DNA of 62,483 nt, the filler included, from Collodictyon triciliatum (lineage: Eukaryota), in the NCBI GenBank assembly GCA_043381765.1. It is 7 parts of 7 records of this genome, joined end to end, with 100 filler letters (N's around TTAATTAATTAA, not from the genome) between each part and the next. Parts side by side here need not be neighbours in the genome. Positions count along the whole stretch, not along the records: positions 1 to 8,577 come from JBHJMP010003377.1; positions 8,678 to 17,261 come from JBHJMP010003378.1; 5 more parts are not named here. One strand, given 5' to 3'. Position numbers and translations under genes: made by a program. The number at the start of each line of letters is the position of its first letter. Positions within the stretch are counted from its first letter, which is position 1. Under the pieces are notes generated by a model, which saw only the letters and a list, made by a program, of their open reading frames with translations, was not told the origin of the DNA and did not search any database. This document shows, piece by piece, positions 1-13,030 of the stretch.

Positions 1-195
1 ATTCTATTTTATTCTATTTTATTCTATTTTATTCTATTTTATTCTATTTTATTCTATTTTATTCTATTTTATTCTATTTTATTCTATTTTATTCTTTTTT
101 ATTCTATTTTATTCTATTTTATTCTATTTTATTCTATTTTATTCTATTTTATTCTATTTTATTCTATTTTATTCTATTTTATTCTATTTTATTCT
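1..195. repeat. 10-bp tandem repeat (ATTCTATTTT)n
   Basis: About 19 near-perfect copies at the window/contig start. Confidence 0.97.
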
Positions 196-469
196 GTGTA
201 TATGTCGACACCCAAGCCAAAAAAAAATTGGTATGAGATTCTATCCCAGTCCAGCCCTAGCTTACTTGCATTTGCTAATTTATTGTCCTCCACAGTCGTA
301 TAATTTGCTGTTAGACATAGACAGGAACTTTGCCCTGTTATCTGCTCACGTATGTCAAACATTTTTTACTCAATAAATAAACAAACGAAAAAATCAAAAA
401 GAAATATTTGGGAAAAAAGAAAGTATGTAGTGTGGTATATGCCATCCAAAGTACTATCTGAATAATTAG

Positions 470-1149
470 GTTTCGCCAAGGGATATCGAAAAGACCCTGA
501 ATGAGCTCATGAAACTAAATAACGAGGCTGTTGGTGGAAGCTCTTCGCGCAGTGGACAGCAAGTTTGGCCACCCTCCAACTCTTCAAGAACCATAATTGT
601 CTTTACTCTTCTTGTTTTCTTAAAACATATTTCTCATTCGGCTCTTAGTATCTGCTTCACAAGTATGAGGTATATATCACAGCCTCGTTACGAAAGAACT
701 CTCCTAAAGAACAATAAATGCACCGCAGGTCTCAACCCCTGAGCAGATTGAGAGAAACAACAGAGCCATCAACGTATTATGACACAAATATTGGGATATA
801 ATTATGCTCTATTTGATTATATATCCACAACAATGACCGAAGCATCGCAAATACTTAAATACATTTCATCTCACAAGGCTATTCAAGAGAGACTAAACCC
901 TTCATCCATCAGTACTTTGAGAGGCATCATACACGTTGTGGTAAGGCAGCACTCCCACAAAGTTAAAACCGTTTTACCCAGCAAGCCTCCCAAACCTGCC
1001 GAAAAGGCAGTATCTGTTACATATTATACGCGGCAACGTCATCTTGATTTTTTTCACAGGTCCTTGTTGCGACTGCCTTCCTATACCACGACTGCCAATC
1101 CTGCGCCGTTGGAGGCATATGCTCTAAGCTCCGTCTGTGCGGCTTCTGA
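470..1149 (+). CDS. 3' exons of a hypothetical protein (5' part missing)
   Basis: GC-richer blocks bounded by AG/GT join in phase 0: VSPRDIEKTLNELMKLNNEAVGGSSSRSGQQ|VSTPEQIERNNRAIN|AIQERLNPSSISTLRGIIHVV|VLVATAFLYHDCQSCAVGGICSKLRLCGF*. No family recognised; frame of the last exon is uncertain. Confidence 0.4.
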
Positions 1150-1958
1150 AAGGGAACCCAGGAATTCAGTGATTATCATCATCACATGCGAGAGCGATGA
1201 ACCCCACACTTGCCTCTGACTTCTTTGGTTGGGACAGATTAAACCCAGATTAAAAAAATGAAGGACCAGCCAAAACGAGAGAAACCGCGTGCGTGACGGG
1301 AGAAAGGGCGGAAGGAAGGCTCAGAGTTGGTATTCCATATCTGGATATTATACGGAATTTGTATATATAACAATAAAATTTTCAACAATCTATTATTGAA
1401 CATTAAACAGATGAATAAAATATGGCTATAGTACTGATTACAAACTACATGTTTAAAATTGTTATCCATAATGGGCAAAATGAACACAACATAGCTACAA
1501 GGATTGTGGCCTCCTCCCTTATATGTACAATCAGCCACACAGCAGCATCATAGCCTAATACGGACATCCAGATTAATATACTTTAATTGAAAAATAATTT
1601 TTAATGTCAACAACTTCGTCCGGAATTAATCTACACATGTGGGTCTCCATGTAGCCACTTTATCCAAGTGCGCCATCATCCGCTATGCCCCTGGCTCATG
1701 TGCGCTACAAACTCCAAGTCTTCCGAACCAATTCAAACGTTCTCGCAGCAACGCGCCTTTGGGGCGATCATCACCGATCACACAAACACCCAAGAAAACG
1801 TCAAGTCTAATCAGAGTACGCACACAAATCACGCCTGAAACCCAATCAAAGGATGCGACGAATTCTAACCAATCCCGACAATCCCATAAAAAATGCAAAA
1901 AAACTCAATGCTATGGAATCACCACAAATCCACTCAACTTGCAAACACGCGTAGAAGA

Positions 1959-4900
1959 ATGTTCAAAAGCGTCGACCTTGAACAGGTTTCTGTCTCGGAG
2001 AAGGTTAGACTTTTGCCAAACTACGCCAAAGCCACTCCTCTTCTTTTTTTTTTCTTCTACTGTGCAGCCGCTTCTCTTCCTCCGATCATTATTCCCTCTT
2101 TGAACGAAGTTTTTTTTCCTTCTTTCTCTTTTTTTTTTTTTTTTCAGAATTCATTATTAAAACGTTATCCATGTAAACAAAACCGCACACCACACAGTGG
2201 CAAACTATTTGTCCAACTCTAACTTACAACATACAAACAAAGGGCTCGACCTCCAAGGGCCGCACCTTCTACGAGTATGTGATGGTTTTTGCGAAGAACG
2301 AGCCGGAGTCGTCCTTCGAGACGATTGTCAAGAATCTCCACGGTGCTGGGCTTCGTCTTCAATACACATAGTCTGGTTCCTCCCTATTCCCCTCTCAAAC
2401 TTTTATATTCTTTTCTTTTCCTTTCCTTTTCACTTTATTTCCTATCTCTGTCCTCTCTTTGTTTCCTCTCTTTGTCTCCTCTCTTTGTTTCCTCTCTTTG
2501 TTTCCTCTCTTTGTCTCCTCTCTTTGTTTCCTCTCTTTGTTTCCTCTCTTTGTTTCCTCTCTTTGTCTCCTCTCTTTGTCTCCTCTCTTTGTTTCCTCTC
2601 TTTGTCTCCTCTCTTTGTCTCCTCTCTTTGTCTCCTCTCTTTGTCTCCTCTCTTGATTGCCCTTCTACTTGGATCATATTTGTATTTGTTCGATCAATCG
2701 TTCTGCACCCTCATTTTCTTTGCGACGCAGCTCCCGTGACGACGATGAAATCTTCCTGCGTATTGGTTGCGAAGAAGAGCGCCTGGATACTCAGGCCGAG
2801 CTTATAGGGATTCGTTTGCCTCTTAACGAGAAAGAAGGAGTAAGTTCAACTGCCTATTGTAATTATCTCAAAATCGTTTCAGAAAAAAATAACTTTATCT
2901 TACTACTGACTTTCACTGTGCTCCTTGTTCGTGTCTTTGTTCTTGTATTCGCAATTAATAGTGTATTGAAATAATACCACATTAATGACCAAAGAAAGAT
3001 ACAATTGTTTACTATGATTTCATTTCTCACTGTTATCTGGCCAATCACATTAGTAACGGATGACTGACGTCTCATTACATATTTCCACGATATATTTCAC
3101 ACTTCACAACTACCTTGGGTCGCTCTGTCTTCTCTAAAAAAAAATAATGTCTTTGCTCAGGTCACCGCAACAGGCTCAGCTGCCTTCACTATTGAAAACA
3201 AGGCCGAGTTTCGCGGGTACAACTTTGAAGATTCGTCCAAACCATTTTTCAGCTCGTCCAAGAGACAGCAGATTATTCTTTCCATCATCGCTTCTCCACC
3301 AAAGAAAGGCGGTGCTGGTCTTGGTATGGCCAATCATCTACTTGTCTCACCCAATAACACACATAGAATCCTACCTCAATCACCTTTCGAGTGGTCAATA
3401 TCAATGATTCTAGAATTTTTTATTTCTCCTTTCCTCTCTCTCGATACTTGGACATCATATTTCTCCCGTGGATTTTTCTTTACCTTTCTTGTGGTTGAAC
3501 ATGGATATAATCACATACGAAAAATCATTTGGGGCTGTTCTGACAAGTGAACCAATCCGTGATAATTTCAAACAGACTACGCGAAGCTCCTCTTTGACAA
3601 GAAGATTCTTCACTTTTTCCCTCTTCACGACTTTGATGACCTGGATAAACTCAAGGTGAAGTAGCTACCAATAGCTTCCTATCAAGTATGTAAATATCCG
3701 CTCGATTTGTTGGATTAATATATGGTTTCAGTCCAAGTGGGCTGGGCTCGAACAACTGCGAAATGTTACTCGCATCCTCGATCAACCTTTGGATGAAGTT
3801 CGCAACTACTTTGGTGAATACGTTGCCATGTACTTTGCCTGGCTCGGTAAGTGTTACTTATGATTACTTGACCTTTTTTCTTGATATAAACCCATACAAC
3901 TTGAAAAGAAAAAAGACTTTAAATGAACCCTTTATCAAAATCATGAAATTAAAGGAAAACGAAGGAAGATTACATAGCTAAATTATATAAACAACATGAA
4001 AATCCCTTGAAGGATTCTACACCCAGGCACTGGTACCCATTTCCATATTTGGCTTCATTGTGCTGATGGTCCAGTAAGTTTCCATTGTCTCCAAATGTTA
4101 TCCCCGATTGAGTAGAAGGAATCCTCCGTTTCATCATCACTTTTTATAATCTCATAAAAATCATATTTTTTTCCCTTTCACTCACATTCTCTTGTAGGAT
4201 TGGAGAAGGAATCGACAACGTCCTGGTTCCCATCTATTGTATTCTGCTCTCTCTTTGGGGTAAGAGCCATCTAAGCAAATTTGTCCCAATTAACGAAACG
4301 TAATGGAATTATGAATGTCACACTCACCTATGTAATTACGAAGCCACATTCTTCCTGGAATTCTGGAAACGCAGACAATCCACCCTTGCCTGGAAATGGA
4401 GTGCCGCTGGAGTGGAAGACGACGTATTCATTGCAATTTTCATTCAGTTTTTTTTTTTTTTGGTTACTAGTGTACCATTTTTATATCCTCCTACCAAAAA
4501 TTCGAAGAAGTTTCCAAAAAAAAAAAGAGTTGCAAATCATTAAATCCTCGAAGGAACCTGTTCGTCCCTCATTCGACGGAGATAGAGTTGTCAGCAGAAT
4601 TACCGGCGAGGAGGAGGTCCACTATCCAGCTCACAAACGCTACTTCAAACTGGCCGTCAGCTACCCCTTGATTATGAGCATCGTATGTTACACCATAAGA
4701 TACAATAATTGGAAATACAACTGCGAATCGCCTCTCTCTCTTCTCTTTGGAGAGAAAGATTAACGAATTTCATATTCCTTTATGCATATGAGTCTAACAA
4801 TAGAATGCTCCCCACATTATCTGAGTATCTTGCATTCATTCATATAGTTGTCTGCTGTGATTACCGCTACACTTGGCATTCTTGTTCTCCGTATCATCCT

Positions 4901-7900
4901 CGCACGGTATGTAGCCGATTTTTCATGGGGAGTTTTGTCTACCGAAAACAGGTCTCCCAAGTAGGCTTGAAATTCTAAAGTATGCTATTACAGCACATCG
5001 AGCATGTCCACCATCGGCCCTATCCTTGCTGGTTGCCTGAATGCTGTGTCAATTGTTATCCTTGATCAGGTTCGCTTCCCCCTCTTTATACGTTTTAGTG
5101 CAGTAGATTTTTTCAGTCTATCGGTAATTACTGACTGCGTGTTGAAACACCACGACGTCCATCATTAGCTCTACCTTAATGTCGCCTATCGCCTGAACGA
5201 ATGGGGTATATGGACAATAATTGCACTTCACGATATATATACATCCATGGTTGTCTGAATCATTTTTTTGAAACTCTACCAACTTCTAGAAAACTATCGC
5301 ACGGAAACCCAATTCGAAGACAATCTTATTGTCAAGAATTTCTTGTTCCAGTTCATCAATTCATACGTATCTCTATTCTATATCGCCTTCGCCAAGGTAT
5401 GTATCAATTTACGAGGATTCAGTATTCTAACGAAAATGAAATGTAAAATATAAAATGCTACGAATTCTAACCCAAATGAAAGTATGTTTCTATCGAGGGC
5501 TGTATAAGTAATTGTAAGGGTTCCCTTAGGAATCTGAGCCCGTCATCTTTGGAGAGAAAGATCAATGCAACGGCTCTTGCATGCAGGAGCTCCTTACACA
5601 GCTTGGTGAGTTCTCATTCACTCGCCCTTCCTTTTTTCCTATTCTTTTGCTGATGGTTCTTTTTGAGATATTGTCACTGGTCATGCCCACATAAATGAGC
5701 TGAATCTTTATTTTGAAGGGATGATACGTTAATATATTGATCCTTTGAATCGAATAAAAAAAATGTTAATATATTGATTGAAAAGTAACATACCTTCCCT
5801 TCTTGTATTCTAGCTACCATCTTCGCCACCAAGATGTTCGTCCAGCAAGCCATGGAGTCCCTTATTCCGTAAGTCTTTCAATAATTACCCCTCTTCTACT
5901 CATACAGTGAAGACTAATGGTAAGTATGTACTATACTAGCTTCTTTTGCACGTTATCAGACTCAATTATATTTACCTTGGTGTCATGCGCATGAGACAGA
6001 TACTTGAAGATGAGGATACTTACATGGAAGGAGAACCGCGACCTTGCTGCCGGCACTGAGCTCAAAGAGGTTAGTTTGTAAAGGCTGCCTTTTTCCCACG
6101 CGAATTTGTTTGCTTATCCTTTCGTCGACTAAGAAAATACAAGGATATTCTACCATCGTTTTCGTCTTTTCCTCTCTAATTAAGGATTTTATTTTAATTT
6201 ATTGGAGTTCTTTTGAATGTAATGAAGGGAAAACTAATATGTGTAAATATTTTAAACTAGAACGACGTCGACATTACCACGGAAGAATCTCAGAGCAAGC
6301 GCGAGACATACAAGAATGCATTTGATGACTACAATGAAATGATTATTCAGTTTGGTTACGTCACTTTGTTTGCCGCTGCATTCCCCATCGCATCTGCACT
6401 TGCTTTCGCCAATAACATCGTGGAAAGTAAGGCTCATCGTGAAGATTGACAGGAAATTATTTACATATAAATTTTCCTGGAGCGTGAATTATTTCATTCA
6501 TCAGACTGTGTTTTGTTCTGTTGGAATTGTTATTTATTTATTTTGTGGTTTTCTCTAAATCTCCCCTTAATCCTGTCAAGTTCGAACTGACGCTTTGAAG
6601 CTTTGCACATCATTTAAGCGACCTTTCTATCGCACCGTCGAAGATATCGGTATAGTTGTTTCCTTTTATTCTCTCTCTCTCTTTTTTTTTTTCAAGTGCT
6701 ATGAAAACTTACGATGTTAAAGGCCACTAGCAGTTGCGAAAAGCATATTTTTTTTTTTGTATCGTATTATGGTCAATTAAAAGAAAAATAGACTTGTTGA
6801 ACCAACAATCTTCTGCAGGAACGTACTATTACACCCTGGAGGTCATGTCTACTATTGCTGTGATTACCAACTGCTGTATTCTTGGTATTGGCTAATCTCA
6901 TTCCTATTGCAAATATACCGGATTGAACTCTTCGCTCCCGTGAGAATGAATAATAAAGGAATTGCATGTGTTTATTTCCCACCAAATTATATACGAAATT
7001 CTTTAGCCTTCACTTCCAACATCTTCGTCGACGAGGGTTACGTAGAGGAAGGTGATACTTCGAAGAAGATGTGGATTGCTCTGATCGCCGAGGTTTCTTA
7101 TTTCTGTGCGCAATATCTATCATCACACTCAGATGGCCTATAATTTTTAAAGCGATTATTCCATATAACTTACAATTGAGATATTGGTTGTCTTTGTTGT
7201 TTCTCTAATATCTTACATCGCCAACACTAGCACATCATCCTTATCCTTAAGTTTGCCATTTCTGTCGCTATTCCCGATGTAAGTCTTGGACGTATGGTTA
7301 TATGGACATGTATTTCGGTGTACCAGTGATTCCACAATATCAAAAAAAAAAAAATAATCGTGCTGCTTCTGTTATTAAGACCATTTGAATCGGCTGATTG
7401 CCGCAAAAAAAAAAAAAATGGATACTTTCTGTAACAGGTCCCGCAAGAAATCCGAGAGGAGATGCTCTGTGCCAAGTACCACCAGGTTTTACTTCTATAT
7501 GGCCTAATAACTGTATATTTTGCTGCGGAAGCAGGAACAAAGAACTTATGAAACCAATAACTGGGCATTGAGCATCGAAACCAGACAAACTGATGGATAA
7601 AAAACAAACAAAAAAAAAATACTAACTTTTACTCATGCTATGTGTGGAAACTGTAGGAGAAAACCATGCAGTCTGGTGACCGCAAAGAGAAGGAGCGCGC
7701 CAACATCGAGAGACACCAGGTAAACCTTATGCTCTTGAAATATTGATGGTGATTTTGTTCAGAATAAATAATAATCATAATAATCACAATAATAATGAAA
7801 GAGCATATAGAAGAAAATTAATAATAAAAACAAAAAGAAAAGAAGACTCACATGTTTTTTCAGCGCCATGCACTCACCCCTGCCCTCCCACAGAGCCGCA

Positions 7901-7992
7901 TGAACTTGTTGGGCGAGAGCGGGAAGTTCGACCAGTTCCAAGTCGACCGCAGCGAGTGGCTCAAGGACCCCGCCCCCAAGGACAGGATTTAA
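1959..7992 (+). CDS. Anoctamin/TMEM16 family Ca2+-activated scramblase/channel, about 25 exons
   Basis: Spliced model MFKSVDLEQ...KDRI* contains hallmark motifs [87 protein letters not shown] and NNIVEIRTDALK (TM7/TM8 acidic Ca2+ ligands kept). All introns GT-AG. Confidence 0.95.
2445..2653. repeat. 14-bp minisatellite (CTCTCTTTGTYTC-type) in anoctamin intron 2
   Basis: About 14 tandem copies; explains the low-complexity ORFs at 2197-2807. Confidence 0.93.
5728..5778 (+). mobile_element. Ultra-short LINE-tail insertion (family A), 23 nt with 14-bp TSD
   Basis: GTTAATATATTGAT (5728-5741) + CCTTTGAATCGAATAAAAAAAAT + GTTAATATATTGAT (5765-5778). The insert matches the 3' terminus of the LINE copies at 52876-53276 and 60609-60757. 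Confidence 0.85.
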
Positions 7993-8477
7993 ACCCACCC
8001 ACGCCGCCCCTGTCCTCTTTGCCTCTCTGTCCGAGGTCAACCGCACCCACAACCTTGCGTCATCCTCTCTTGCGCCTTAACTTGCTGGCCCAGTGTGCCT
8101 CAACCACTCTCGCCCCCTTTCCACCAGCCTTCCCGGACTCGAGAAACTTAAAGACAGACACGGCCTTTGGCTCCATGAGATTGCGAACCGGAATGTGCTT
8201 TTCTTCCTGTTGCTTAACACCTCCCGTCACATAGGAGATGCCATTCGAAGTAGATGTATCAATTCCAGATATGGGCACTCATAAGACCGCAGCCACAGAA
8301 TACTCTGCGAAGGCTTCTGTGTTTAGGACATGATGACCTTATGTGGAAATTACAAGGCGAAGAGCATTCCCAATCCTCCATCACCACACTTCCACTCTTG
8401 ATGGAGCTATGCGTCGGGCGCCGCCTTCGTTGCTACGTCAGTGTCATTCATCAGATGGTGCCCACATACGCGAAAGA

Positions 8478-8487
8478 CAAACAAAAC

Positions 8488-8518
<31 letters not shown>

Positions 8519-8577
8519 ACAAAAACAAAAACAAAAACAAAAACAAAAACAAAAACAAAAACAAAAACAAAAACAAA
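8478..8577. repeat. (AAAAC/AAAAAC)n microsatellite at contig end
   Basis: Direct reading. Confidence 0.95.
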
Positions 8578-8677
8578 NNNNNNNNNNNNNNNNNNNNNNN
8601 NNNNNNNNNNNNNNNNNNNNNTTAATTAATTAANNNNNNNNNNNNNNNNNNNNNNNNNNNNNNNNNNNNNNNNNNNN
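8578..8677. other. Artificial contig spacer 44N-TTAATTAATTAA-44N; also at 17262-17361, 25928-26027, 34592-34691, 43249-43348, 53833-53932
   Basis: Identical 100-nt structure six times; the palindromic linker has TAA in all six frames. Confidence 0.98.

Positions 8678-8774
<97 letters not shown>
8678..8774. repeat. (AAT)n microsatellite
   Basis: Direct reading. Confidence 0.97.
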
Positions 8775-8776
<2 letters not shown>

Positions 8777-8832
8777 CCAAATAAGAAACACTTTTAGATA
8801 TTAAAAAGCAACATCGAGAGGAACCCAGCCCA

Positions 8833-11384
8833 ATGACTTCGGAAGAGATTGATCAAAAAGAGCGCCTCCTTCAAGAGCTGGAAGCCATGCAGCTTTGGCG
8901 GAAGCCGAGCACAACTTCGATCGAAAAAACCGTCCGACTGAGCGCCTCTGGTCGACTCGCCGGCTCGTTTCCCAGAGGCATTCTTTACTTGCCGTGGTTG
9001 GTTCTCCTCGACTTGTCCAAAAACACACTCTCCGCACTTCCTGCGGAGTTTTCCCGGTTGTCGGCTCTCGCAAGCCTGGACATAGGGTCTAACCAATTCT
9101 CGGTGATACCTTCCTCGGTATCTACCTTTGTAAAGATGACGTGCTTGAGTATGCAACACAATCAGTTGGCTTTCCTTTCGGCTGGACTATCTAAACTGTG
9201 CCAACTACAAGCAATAAACGCCTCGTCGAATCAATTACAATCACTACCCACAGAAATATTCCTTCTGACCTGTCTCAACCATATGAATGTTGCATGCAAC
9301 TCTATTACGCATATGCCCGATGAAATAATGAGGCTTTTTTCTCTGAAGGTCTTTGTTGTCTCAAACAATAAACTTACTTCTCTACCGTCCAGAATATCTG
9401 CACTGACTCGGTTGGAACAACTTGAGCTTTCAAACAATCTCTTACAATCTTTACCCGATGGGATTCAAGATCTTAAATATCTTCGAGAATTAATGGTAGA
9501 AAATAACAGGCTATCATATCTACCACCTGGAATATCTGCACTGACTCGGTTGGAAAGCCTAAGTCTTTCAAATAATCAATTATCTTTATTACCCGACACT
9601 ATTCAAGAACTCAAATCTCTCCGAGAGTTATTGATAGAAAATAACTGCCTATCATGTCTACCACCTGGATTATCTGGATTAATTTCCTTGAAAAAAATCG
9701 GCCTTATGAATAATCGATTATCTTTATTGCCCGATGCGATTCAAAGTCTCAAATTTCTCAATGAGTTGGTGCTCGATGGAAACCACATAATCTCTATCCC
9801 TCCTGTAATATCCAATATGGTTGCTCTGTCTCGGATATCCGCATGCTCAAACAACATATCTTCAATCCCGAATGAAATATTTATGATGCGAGGATTGAGA
9901 GTTGTTCAACTATGTAAAAATCATTTACATTCCTTTCCGCGCTTGAATTCAAAGTGTGGGTACTTGCATCTCGATCTATCTGAAAACAGGTTTACATCCA
10001 TATATTCAAATATACCCCCGACGTTGAAATTATCAGAGTTTGATATATTCAATATGATTAATCGATTCAGAATTGCTAAAATGAAGAATTTAGCGTGTGG
10101 GCTTCATTGTCTAACCTTAATGAAAAACAGGTTGAACTCATTCCCTGCAGAAATCTCAAATCTTACGTCCTTGACAAGCATCGTTCTGAGTTACAATAAA
10201 TTCACTACCTTTCCTAACGAACTGACGCCCATGACGAAATTGTCTAGCATCGACATCTCTCATAACCACCTTACTGGTTTGGTGCTGCTAATCACTAAAC
10301 TTTCTGCACTGAGTCATTTTGTCATCAACGACAACATGGTATAAGTTTAATATGATGAAAAAAAAATACTTCCGTCAGTTTTTTTTTATTTTTGGTTCTG
10401 CTGACTAAATTTGAATTACAGCTTGAAGAGATACCTCCATATATCTCTGCCCTTAAAAGTCTGAGATACTTTTATTTCGAAAACAAAGAGAAGGAACTAT
10501 GCCCTCGAATTCCTTTAAGTATATCAAGTCTACCGTGTTGGACGACTTACACTACGAGAAACTCTGAGACTAGCCTTGGTTCATCATTTTTGAAAAAAAT
10601 TACATATTACGAAGCTGTAAGCGTAAATACGAAAATAAGAAATAATATGTCAATTTGTGCATAATACCATGACATTAATTTAATAATTGAAATATAGTTA
10701 CAATCATTTTAAAGTAATAAAGACTTAATTTTCTTGTCTTTTTTTCTTCCTTTTTTCCAGGATACTTATCCTTACGATGTCACCTTTTATATAGGAAGAA
10801 GATGTAATGGACAGAGAATGGGTCCCAACTCAACACCAGTGTCTCACTTGGACATCATTAAATTTTAAGGGCAAAAGCATATCCAAAATCCCGACAAAAA
10901 TCATGTTACTTGTGAACCTTCAATCTCTAGATTTCAGCAAAAATCCAGTGTGATATTATTTCATTGTCTCGCTATTTGGTATATCATGTCCAACCTTTCG
11001 TCGTTCATCACACTAATTTTGTCAAAAGTCCTAGTAAGAGATTTTATCCTAAAAAAAATTTAATTATTTATAATAACAAGATATCATGCTTACCCGAAGG
11101 TTTGTCAGTTTTGGTCGACTTGAGGACTCTGATAATTAACCAGACACAAGTAATCTTATAGAAATATTTTACAATGTTGCACGCATCAAAATATATTCTA
11201 AATTCTAATTTTTCTTTTTTTAAAACAAACAAATCAACAAACAAACAAACAGATCAGAGCCCTCCCTCAATGGATTTTCAATATGACTTTGATAGAGTCT
11301 CTGGACATATCTGAAACCCCAATACATCATTTGGAAAAAATTGATTTATCACCAGCTATAATAGCAAACGTTGAAAGTTTATAG
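8833..11384 (+). CDS. Leucine-rich repeat protein (LRR1), 5 exons
   Basis: Large first exon with about 20 23-aa LxxLxLxxNxLxxLP repeats. Further exons at 10422-10616, about 10794-10947, 11081-11149 and 11253-11384 continue the LRRs to TAG. Confidence 0.88.
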
Positions 11385-12397
11385 TGGAGATGATTTCTCT
11401 GTGCCACGAGTCACCTCAGTAATATTATGCTCTGGGAAAAGATAAAATTACTTCACTGGGCTCGCTATGACACCTGTCTATTTATTCACAAATTCAAGTC
11501 GCCCATGATCAACTTGTAATATTTACCAAAATGGTTCCGGTCCTTTCACATATATTTTCATTTGATTTGATGATGTTCCTTTTACCTAATCACCCCTCTT
11601 GTCTCTGAAATAATTTGATTAGTAAACCTATGAAATACTAGCTGTCTGTGTTGGTGAACCACGTCCACACCGAATAGTTGATTAAATACCTGATCTTTCA
11701 GCTATTATATATTGAGATATTGACTTTCTTGCGGCAGATTTACGGTGATTGTGTTGGGCTTGGTCACGGTTAATTTTTGAACAGTGAAGAGAGCAAAATA
11801 AAATTCACTTAAAAAAAAAGAGAAAGAAAGACAGTGTTATCTGATTACAAACACCAGGATTCAGACATAATAAGCGCATGATTCCAACCGTCATAACGCA
11901 CCACTTTTTTTCTGAGTCCAAGTAGCAAGAATGAAAGAAAAAAAAAAGCAAACAAAGCAAAACTGTACATTTAAATCTATCCATAATGAAAATACGTCAT
12001 CGTCGGTGTGAGAATAGAAATCACCTTCAGAAACACCTGACTCAGAGTTTATAGTGTGTGAACCTTCAATAGGCAGCAAGGATTGAGAGCAATCCAACAA
12101 TATTCTGGTTCATAATGGCTGATTTATATTTTTGAAAAGTAGCACAAGAACCAAATATGAATACAAATACCGTGAATTTTAAAGGGTCAAGTGAAATTGG
12201 GGCTTACATTCCTCACTCTTATTTACTGCCCTGAGGCTCCTCTAAACTCAGGTACAAAATATTATTCTTGAATTCGTGGTCGAAGCTCATGCACCTAGCA
12301 CAGTAGAGAAAGTGAAGTAGTATCATTTTTAATCCTTTTAAGTGCTACTTTCAAGATACAGTCATGATTGATTCATATAGCATGGTAAATACTTGAA

Positions 12398-13030
12398 GCA
12401 AACGCGTAGCAAAAGCTGGCAAAGTCTCCCAACAATGCACACTTTGCAGCAACGGTGATGAATCCATAGAGCACACATTTGTGCAATGTCCCTTCGCTCA
12501 AAACCTGCGCAAAACAGCCGGTGAGATTGTTCGACTGACACTCAAGACGGCTGCGTTATTGGCCCAATCCAGGCGATATTTGGAACTCTGCAACAGCTGC
12601 GTCCAGATGCAAAAACATTCTGGGCAGTGACGCGAGGCCATTTGCTATGGACTATGTGGATAGCGCGCATATACTCACGCAAAGCTTCAACACTCAACAA
12701 CCAGCCACACATTCCTGATAACAGACTGGGTGGCATCATACAAATCTCTTTCCTCAATAGCTTTCTTCGCCACCTGCACGTTCTCTACTACTCAGACCCT
12801 GTGAGAAGAGACATATGGAAAGAAGCTGATAAAGAGATTAAACCTCGCCGTGTCTCTCTCATGCAAGCACAAGACCCAGGCTACAGGCCAAATCGCAGGA
12901 TGCTATTCCTGATTACCGACTTCTTCTCCGCCACCCGGCCACCAAGTAGCGTCCATGCAAACAATGGCTAGCGAACCAAAGCAAATAACCCCACCATCCT
13001 GCACAAAATTGAAAGGAAGAATAAAAAAAA
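12398..13030 (+). mobile_element. 5'-truncated L1/Tx1-like LINE, family B (ORF2 C-terminus, 3' end, A-tail)
   Basis: zf-RVT motif CTLCSNGDESIEHTFVQCP, then TRGHLLWTMWIARI...FLRHLHVLYYSDPVRRDIW, homologous to 45362-45800. Frameshifted. 3' end near-identical to 43349-43554 and to the reverse complement of 33140-33310. Confidence 0.88.

Noticed and set aside
559-564. GCAAGT as a GC donor
   Set aside because: A GT donor 4 nt downstream gives a consistent phase-0 join.
2197-2807. Long hydrophobic or charged repeat ORFs (also poly-Y/L at 25746, KTKTK at 8441, ERERE at 55627, poly-X at 51829)
   Set aside because: Translations of intronic mini/microsatellites or N-runs.
4744-4760. 17-bp identity (TCTTTGGAGAGAAAGAT) between an anoctamin intron and the exon at 5546-5562
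   Set aside because: A single short low-complexity match with no extension and no supportable mechanism.
6016-6027. ATACTTACATGG resembling the U1 snRNA 5' end
   Set aside because: Inside a coding exon, with no downstream U1 structure or Sm site.
7993-8477. GC-rich short ORFs after anoctamin (and at 58428-58900 after eIF1) as genes or LINE pieces
   Set aside because: No recognisable motifs or similarity to the LINE copies; more likely 3' UTR or intergenic.
8622-8633. Regularly spaced TTAATTAATTAA palindromes as a biological repeat or CRISPR-like array
   Set aside because: Always centred in exactly 44+44 Ns: a synthetic six-frame-stop linker.
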